64,000 nucleotides of DNA, taken from assembly GCA_951406725.2 (NCBI GenBank), contig OX597826.1, positions 48,360,001 to 48,424,000 on the forward strand, written 5' to 3'. This stretch comes from Octopus vulgaris (lineage: Eukaryota). The notes beneath the pieces were generated by a model. It was given only the letters and a program-made list of their open reading frames with translations, was not told the DNA's origin and searched no databases. Each line of letters opens with the position of its first letter. The stretch's first letter is position 1. Positions 55,476 through 64,000 of the stretch are shown piece by piece. The position numbers and the translations under genes were made by a program.

Positions 55476-55657
55476 ATAATTAATTATTGAAATTATAATT
55501 AAGGGTATCTAAGAGATAGCACCATGCTAGAAATAGCAGCTAAAACTCCTGGTGCAGTACGAACATTTAATGTGGTTTCAGAGTGAAGTTTTTTCTGCTA
55601 ATCTAGCGTGGTGGTATCTCTTAGATGCCCTTAATTATAATTTTAATAATTAATTAT
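55476..55657. repeat. ~180-bp fold-back palindrome; same family as 15588-15660
   Basis: ATAATTAATTATTGAAATTATAATTAAGGGTATCTAAGAGATA pairs with TATCTCTTAGATGCCCTTAATTATAATTTTAATAATTAATTAT. Confidence 0.9.
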
Positions 55658-55790
55658 ATATCTATGCATGTATGTACTAACAAAGCTTTAGTTTCACCCA
55701 GGGTTATAGTAAACAAGTATAATTCTGCTATAATTCATGGTTGACCAAAGCCTAATGATAGGATTTATTAGGAGACCGAAAGAAGCCCAT

Positions 55791-55822
<32 letters not shown>

Positions 55823-56159
55823 CTCACACACATAAGTATAAATGCATGTATACACATTCACACATACATATATCTATATACATATAAATATATATCATTG
55901 TGTGTGTGTGTGTATGTACATGTTCAGTTAATTATATAATGGCAATCACCAAACGGTTCTAAACAGTTTCTTTTATATTCTTTTTATAGAAAAAAAATCT
56001 AACTCCTCACAACCCCCAAGTTGCACCACAATCACATACACACAGGCACTCCCTCTCTCTTTTCTTCTCTTCCTCTACCCCTCCCTCTGTCCATCTCCTT
56101 TTCTCTTTCTCTCCCTCTAAACAACATCTAAAAAAATCAATTAAAACAATAATAACAAC

Positions 56160-56200
<41 letters not shown>

Positions 56201-58236
56201 TTGGAAAAAATATGCAACTGTTAAGATGATAGGATAAAGAATAATAAAAAGAATCCATTTGGAACAGGAATGTAAGGTGTGGTGCCGCATTGCAAGGTAG
56301 CAGAAAAGGAATATAAAAAAAGAAAATCCCAAAATGTCAAAATAAGAGAAAAAAAAATTCTTTGACCTCTGTCTAATCCTACTTCAAAGATAAATAATAG
56401 CTTGTCAGGGATTTTATTTTATTTCTTTATTCCATTATTTTATTTATTTACTCTTTTATTTTATTTTTTGTAGAGGGCTCGGATGGAATGGGGTGGGATT
56501 GGGTGTTAGTCATTTTTTTGTACTTTTATAAATGGTTGTTTATTATTTTTTTCTTTTTACAATTTTCTCTAATTCTCGATTTAGTCAGAATAAAGGAAGA
56601 AAATGTTCTCAACGTATTAGCACTTAATTTCCTTGCCAATTCCAGACTTTTCTATATTGCTTGATATTTAGAACAATGGGTGGGTTTTTTTCTGTTTCTT
56701 TTTGTCTATTTTTCGCTGGCCGAAAATGGTCTCCATATTTATGCAGTGAATAGAATCAAACTGTTCCATTCAAGAAAGTTAAGAGATGCTTTGTATTGGT
56801 TCCACTGCATATATTTCTACCAAATCATACAGATGAATATGCTCTCACAATCTCAGCGTTGTAAAATTGCTTATTCAATCATTAGAATAATTACAAGACT
56901 TCATATATATATATATATATAGATTGACTATTCAATAGAAGTGAACAAGAAAACTGGAAGAGTGAAGAACTGAACATAATTGTCCGAAGACAATTCCAAC
57001 TGCTCTAACAAGTATTATCTCTTTAAATATTTTTTTTCTTCTAATCTTTGCATGTTTTATTTTCTTATATATTAGTTCAAAAGTAAATATCTTTACAATA
57101 TTTATAAGAGAAGGGGGTAGTCTGGGTATATAAATTTTTTTTTTCCCCACTCAATATTAATAATTAGGAACCGGGAAAATGGTAAAATGATGAGGTAAAG
57201 ATATTCAGGATATGAAAGAGAAAAAAAATTGGATATTCAATAGCAAACACCGTGAGATTTAGAATGATTTTCCTCTGTTATGTCTTCAGAATTTTCCAAA
57301 GACTTATATGTGGGATTCTACATATTATTCAGAACTATAATAGCCATAATAGGTACAGTAATATACATAAAAAAACATATTATAGAAACTAATTGATACT
57401 GGTTAAGCATTTCTATTTCCTTTCTCTTTTACAAAATGCTCGCATGCATTACACACACACACACACACATATGTATATATGCATATATACATAAGTGTGC
57501 ATGTGTGTGCATGTCTGTGTAAAAGAATGCATTTAATGAAGAAACACAATACGTACATGTATAAAAATACATTTATGTTCTGGAGTGAAATATAAAAAGA
57601 ACAAGTGTCTGTCTATCTTTCTATCTATCTATCGACCTATCTAAAATAAATTTATATGTAATTATGTATATTATATGCACACACACCCACACACATATAT
57701 ACACATATAATATACAGAATATATCTCTATGCACAAATATATAAGGTCGTATGTGAGTGTGAATATATAATGGAATGTATCTATATATACTTTTGAATTA
57801 TGCATAAACAGTAAATGCATATGTTCATATATATACATACGTATATGGGTGTATGTGTGTGTATGTGTGTATGTATGTGTGTGCGTGTGTGTGTGTAGAC
57901 ACACACATATATTATATCTATGCACTCAGTAAATGTTAAATGTATGAATACATACAGGCACCCGTAGTGCCTTCACATATATGACTGTACATCACACACA
58001 CACACACATACACACACACACACATACACATACAGACACTCATTTATAGCAGAATGATTATATGATTACATAAATATGCTTTGTGTTTATATATGTGAAT
58101 GCATATATGCTCCAATTGAGTATACATTGCATATACATATAAAAGCATATATTCTATATTCATGCATACCATCATTGCCATCATCATCATCATCATCGTC
58201 ATCATCGTCATCGTCATCATCATCGTCATCATCATT

Positions 58237-58271
<35 letters not shown>

Positions 58272-58716
58272 GGTTTTCATTACATTTTCCGTAGCTAACT
58301 GCTGCATTGTGTCATGCCTCTTATTGCAATTCATCATCATTTGATGCTCAAAATACTCTTCAAACACCAATTTATATTTTTTGCATATGTACATTTTTTC
58401 TTTTTCCTTTTCTTTTTTTTTTTTTTTTTTTTTTTGCTAGGGTTTCATTCATCCTCTGACCAATTCCATTACAAGATGGACAAAGTGTATTTCAGCCCCC
58501 ACCGAAAAAGTATATTTGCCAGAAATAAAACAGCCTCTATATACTGTATGTGTTTATATTCAAAACTATGGCTCTCTTTGATAGAATGCCTTCCTGTATA
58601 ATTTTGTTCTAAGCAGAGGTTTGAAGTTGACTGCTTTGTCTAATGCCTACAACTTAATGGCTTAAGGCTGATGCAATTTTATCCTGCTACTGACACCAAA
58701 GATATTGTCAGAAATA

Positions 58717-59210
58717 TTGGGTTGGCAGCTAAGTTCCCGCTGTTTTTTTAAATTTAAATATTTGAAAAGGTTTAATAAAAACTAACAACTAATTATTCAA
58801 TAATGCATTCGACCTTTATTGTTTACAACTTCTTCCCAAAGTTCAACAAGATTTTCCATACCTCATTGGTAGAAATCACCCGATTTCGACTCAAAAACTT
58901 GGTCCAACCTAGATCTCAATTTCTGCATCAGTATTGAACAAAACTCTGTGCATAGCATCTGAAAGAGATAAAAAGAGGTGGAAATCCATTGGTGCTAAAT
59001 CAGGAGAGTACGGCAGGTGTGGCAGCACTTCTCAGCCATGCGTCTGAATGGTTTCCTTGGTCATATTGGCGATACGAGGGTGGGCATTGTCGTGCAGCAG
59101 GACTCCAAAAAGAAGACAAAATAGATTCCAAAATGATTTAAAAATAGAATTCTCGGAAAAAAATAGATTCCAAAATTTAAAAAACAGAAGGAACTTAGTT
59201 GCCAACCCAA
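58717..59210 (-). mobile_element. Internally deleted mariner element with TIRs and TA target duplication
   Basis: TA-TTGGGTTGGCAGCTAAGTTCC ... GGAACTTAGTTGCCAACCCAA-TA; LLHDNAHP...HLPYSPDLAPMDFHLF. Confidence 0.9.
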
Positions 59211-59262
59211 TACATTATTGTGCCTACAGATTATATGTATGTATGTATATATATATATATGT

Positions 59263-59296
<34 letters not shown>

Positions 59297-59349
59297 GTGT
59301 ATGTATACATACATATATATATATATATACATACACACACACAAACACA

Positions 59350-60624
59350 TATTGGATCATCCCATACATAATGTGGTTATTTTATACTTCTTTTATTTTT
59401 CAAAATTAAGATAAACAAAGTTCTTTTTTAGTCTAAAATATACTCTCCTTCATTTTCTAAGATGCTCTTCCATCTATCTGGTAGACTTGCAAGGCTACCG
59501 CTTCCAAAATTCATTTCTCTATGATGAAAAATACTCCTCCAGTATGTTCTGACCTTATATGCAGAATTCATATTTTTTCCATCCCAATGATTTTGAAGAC
59601 TGCGGAATAAATGGTAATCAGAATATGGTAGGTGGGGCATCGTTTCTCATTAAAACTGCTCCAACTTTTGAAGTGTCATCTTCACTGTATGTAGCCAAGC
59701 ATTATCCTGATGGAAGAACACCTTTTGTCTTGAAACCAAAGCTGGTCATTTTTCTTCTAGTGCTGACTTAAGCTGCTCAAGCAGCTTGCAGTATATCTCC
59801 TTTGTTATCATTTGGCTTGGGTTTAAAAGTTCAAAATGGACTAAACCTTTCATATCCCACCGAACAGATAGCAACATCTTACCTGGGTGAACACCTTGTT
59901 TAGCCTGGAGTGCCAGTGTTTCTCCTTTCCTTACCCACTCTCTTGAGCACTTGACATTTTTATAGAGAACCCATTTCTCATTACCAGTCACCATTCAGCC
60001 TAAAAATGGTTCATTCATGAGATGATACAGCAAATAAGAGCACACATTCACTCTCTGTGCACGATTAGACTTACAAAGTTTGTGAGGGACCCATTGACCC
60101 AATTTACTGACTTTTCTGATGGCACACAGGTATTGATGAATGGTAGATTGATCAAATCCAAGCTTCTCTGCTAGTTTGTCAACAGTTACGATGGGATTTT
60201 GTCCTACCAGGGTTTGTAGGACGTCCTTATCAAGCTCTACAGTTCTTCCTGGATGAGGCTCATCTTCTAGGCTGTACTTTCTGGCTTGGAATTTCTGTAA
60301 CCATCGTTGACACTGGCTTATACTTATTGCCCAATCTCCATATACTGCATTAATATTCCTCGCACTTTCCATTGCGTTGTTGCCTTTATTTAACTCATAA
60401 AAGCAAAATATGCCAAATATGTTCCTTTGTAACTTCCATTATAGCTTTCAAGAAATAACTATTAAAATCATACAGTTCTCTTCCAAACTTGTACTAAGAA
60501 TAGGTACAAGTAAAATTTACTACCTGTTTTTATATCAAGTTGATGCAGGTTGTTTATTCCTTCTCCCTCCAATGTTCAGTTCATGCAATTAAAAAATCCA
60601 CGTTATTTATGGGAGGACTCAATA
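59350..60624 (-). mobile_element. Near full-length degenerate mariner transposon (~1.27 kb)
   Basis: Imperfect ~30-bp TIRs flanked by TA; transposase pieces WVPHKL, VTGNEKWVLY, SDYHLFRSLQN with stops and frameshifts. Confidence 0.92.
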
Positions 60625-60670
60625 TATATATGTATGTGTATGCATGTATGTATGTACATATATATATACA

Positions 60671-60753
<83 letters not shown>

Positions 60754-61684
60754 TCCAAGAAAGAGGTTGTGAATCCAACCAACTAAGGGATAATAACTAT
60801 CCAATATACTGCTGGTAGAATACCCATGCATGGCAATTACATTACTGAGTGTAATAAATGGGTGAGGGTAAAGAGTTATTTTACTATTAATTAATAGAGC
60901 AATATTGCTCTCTCTATATATATAAATGTGTGCTCAATATAAATGCTGAGAGCTGTAGCTTATTTAAGTTAGTCCAGCTCAGTGTTCTGTTCCTCCAGAG
61001 TTTCCATACATGCAGCAACTTCTTCAGAAAAGTCTCTCTTGTCGGTCTGTAAACATAAAAAGTGATATAACAACTCTACGCCAAACAAGCCATGAAGAAA
61101 TTATCGATGAGTTTCTAAATTTCCAAAATGTTTCCACAAAACTTTCTAAAAGAGATCCACTTACCTGCAAAAAATACACACGTACTTTTAATAAGAGAAA
61201 TACCATAGGTAATACAAACCTACTAACTAACTAAGCTTTACCATATACTTACATCCTTTTGTGAACCCTTAAAGATTAATCCCCGAAAAGCTGGCATACC
61301 AACTGACACCCTTATATAGACTGGAGTGAACTCTGAGTATTAATCTCCACATTTTCAAAACAAAAGATTAATACCCTATTAATATATTATTCTCTAAAAA
61401 AAATGACAAATAACCCAAGTGACAGATCTGGTGTCCAACTATCTAACTACTTTCTTTTGTGAACACCTATGACCTGAAGATGACACACTTAAAAATACAC
61501 ACCTGATTTCAAAACTTCATGTGCATGAATAAGTTCCAACAATTAACACTTCCTCAGATTTATTCAATAAAATTATTTGCATATTATATTGTCACCAAAA
61601 CCTACCATATGGTACAGTTAGCATTCAACAGAACTGAAGTTACTCGGGAAAGAATTCTAATTTAACAGATACTATAAAAAGCTA

Positions 61685-61987
61685 GTGGAGGCACATGGCC
61701 TAGTGGTTAGAGCAGCGGACTCACGGTCGAAGGATTGCAGGTTTGAATCTCAGACTGGGCGATGTGTGTGTTTATGAGCAAAACACCTAAGCTCCATGTG
61801 GCTCCAGCAGAAGGTAATAGCGAACTCCTGCTGACACTTTCACCATAACTTTCTTTTTCCTCCTGCATCTCGCAGCTCACCTGTGACAGTCTGGTGTCCC
61901 ATCCAGGTGGGGAACCTATACGCCAAGGAAGCCAGGAAACCAGCCCTTATGAACCAGGCATGGCTTGAGAAGGAACAAACAACAATA
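61685..61987 (+). mobile_element. tRNA-derived SINE (family C-like head)
   Basis: GTGGAGGCACATGGCCTAGTGGTTAGAGCAGCGGACTC...GGTTTGAATCTC; AACAAAC tail. Confidence 0.85.
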
Positions 61988-62014
61988 AAAATCTAAGATG
62001 AACTTAAATAAATT

Positions 62015-62060
62015 ACAGTCTGATGATGGCTAATGTGACCGAAACTTCAAAGTCAGTCTC
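62015..62060 (+). ncRNA. Degenerate minimal hammerhead motif
   Basis: CTGATGA-T-GG...CC-GAAA-CTT-CA-AA-GTC; stem I broken. Confidence 0.5.
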
Positions 62061-62105
62061 AATACTATTCTTGTAAGAGGAATAACACACACACGCACAC
62101 ACATA

Positions 62106-62159
<54 letters not shown>

Positions 62160-62625
62160 AATTAGAGATAAAACCACTATTATGCAACTCAAACAGTTTT
62201 ATATATTTATACTGTAAAATTTGATTTAATACTAAATTGAATTTTTACCTGTAAGTTTGGAGTTATACTCCCTAATAATATTATATATATATATATTTAC
62301 ACATACATATAGACACATACACACATATATATGTACACAGATACTTACATACATATATGTGAGTGTGTGTGTATGTATGTATATGTGTGTGTTTAGGTAT
62401 GTGATTTTGTGTATATTCATGTATGCATTTATGTCTATCGTTTCTTTGTCTGCTGGCTACCCCATTACCATTTAGCTTGACAATTAAACAGGCACAGGCT
62501 GTTAAACCCTGATTTATGACCCCAAAACTGTAATCAATTCTCACCAGTTGTTGGTAGCATCATTTTGGCCCAACATGCTAACAATTCTGCCAGCTCACCA
62601 CCTTAATATCAATAATAATAATGAC

Positions 62626-62683
<58 letters not shown>

Positions 62684-62708
62684 TCAATAATAATAATAAT
62701 AATAATAT

Positions 62709-63112
62709 AAAGAGCAAATATAAAGATCTTGAAATAGAAATCAGCAAAATGTGGAACCTGAAAACTAAAACAATACCTGTTGTCATAGGTACCCTGGGAA
62801 TGATAGTGAAAGGGGCTGATTGCTACCTAACTCAGATACCAGGAAACCCAAAAATGGCAGAAATTCAAAAGATAGTGCTCATGGAAACTGCTCATATCCT
62901 ACGCAAAATACTTTCTATGAAATCTCAGCGTTTAAAACAAACATAATTTTCGTTTTTTTTTTTGGACATTCACTAGTACAACACCAAAAAAGCCCCCAAA
63001 TATATGGCACACTAGGCATAACAACAACATGAACTTCCAACCTGTTGTCTCTTGAGGTCTCTGGGTGAGACTTGGAGCCAACTTGTACAAATATAAAGCA
63101 AAAGTCAAACAT
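62709..63112 (+). mobile_element. 3' end of an R4/Dong-type (restriction-like endonuclease) non-LTR retrotransposon in (AAT)n
   Basis: KYKDLEIEISKMWNLKTKTIPVVIGTLG...IQKIVLMETAHILRKILS; (AAT)n on both flanks. Confidence 0.8.
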
Positions 63113-63114
63113 AG

Positions 63115-63146
<32 letters not shown>

Positions 63147-63154
63147 TAATAATA

Positions 63155-63362
63155 ATGGTTTCAAATTTTACCACAGCGGCTGCCATTTTGGGGGAGTTGA
63201 TGAGTCGATTGTATCTACCCCAGTGTTCAACTGGTACTTAATTTATCAACCCCGAAGGGCAAAGTTGACCTCAGTGGAATTTGAACTCAGAACATAGCGG
63301 CAGACAAAACACCACTAAGCATTTCACCCGGCATGCCAATGATTCTACCAGCTCGCTGCCTT
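63155..63362 (-). mobile_element. SINE family B
   Basis: Reverse complement of family B. Confidence 0.85.
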
Positions 63363-63414
63363 AACAATAATAATAATAATAAGAAGAAAAAGAAGAAGAA
63401 GAAGAAGAAGAATG

Positions 63415-63476
<62 letters not shown>

Positions 63477-63710
63477 TTTTACTTACCACAAAAGGCAAAA
63501 AATGAAGAGAAGATTGCAAGGATGATCCCCACCCCCCACAATTGCTTAGTTTTACTCAGAATTAACTTTATAATAGTAACAGACAAGAACTGCAACAAAT
63601 ATTTAATATTAAAGGAAAGCATTTTGCAATGGTTATCATTGCTGTTTATAATAGTAATTATTATTATTCTTATTATCATCATCATCATCATTATTATTAT
63701 TATTATCATA

Positions 63711-63746
<36 letters not shown>

Positions 63747-63749
63747 AAT

Positions 63750-63962
63750 ATTTCTACTCTAGGCACAAGACCATGAAAATTTGGAGGGGAAGGAGGCTTG
63801 TTGATTATATCGACCCAAGTGAGTAACTGGTACTTATTTCATCAACCCTGAAAGGATGAAAGGCACGACCTTGGTGGAATTTGAACTCTGAACATAGTGG
63901 CAGATGAAATCGTGCTAAGCATTTCACCAAACTTGCTGATGATTCTGCCAGCTTGCTGCCTT
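63750..63962 (-). mobile_element. SINE family B
   Basis: Reverse complement of family B. Confidence 0.85.
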
Positions 63963-64000
63963 GATAATAATAATAATGATAAGGAGAAGAAGAAGAAGAA

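Overview
AT-rich, microsatellite-saturated animal genomic DNA. The repeat families and their density point to a coleoid cephalopod, most likely Octopus (inference). There is no intact multi-exon gene, and almost every ORF in the supplied track is a translation of (TA)n, (CA)n, (ATC)n or (AAT)n repeats. Recognisable parts: many copies of three or four tRNA-type SINE families, mariner and Tc1/maT transposon relics, RTE and R4/Dong-type LINE fragments, MITEs and ~100-147 bp tandem arrays. Two signals go beyond ordinary repeats. (1) About ten type-I minimal hammerhead ribozyme motifs of the Penelope-associated kind. They include a tRNA-headed SINE with a hammerhead tail in a head-to-head pair, a family with a fixed non-canonical CUGUNGA core, and fold-back elements sitting in (TA)n. 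(2) Most of the short unique islands between the repeats fold into 50-150 nt stem-loops whose non-Watson-Crick pairs are mostly G-U on the + strand. Orphan exon-like segments and AG|GTAAG recursive-splice-like sites accompany them, which suggests a long structured (ADAR-substrate or pri-miRNA-like) transcript. All folds were done by eye and are unverified.
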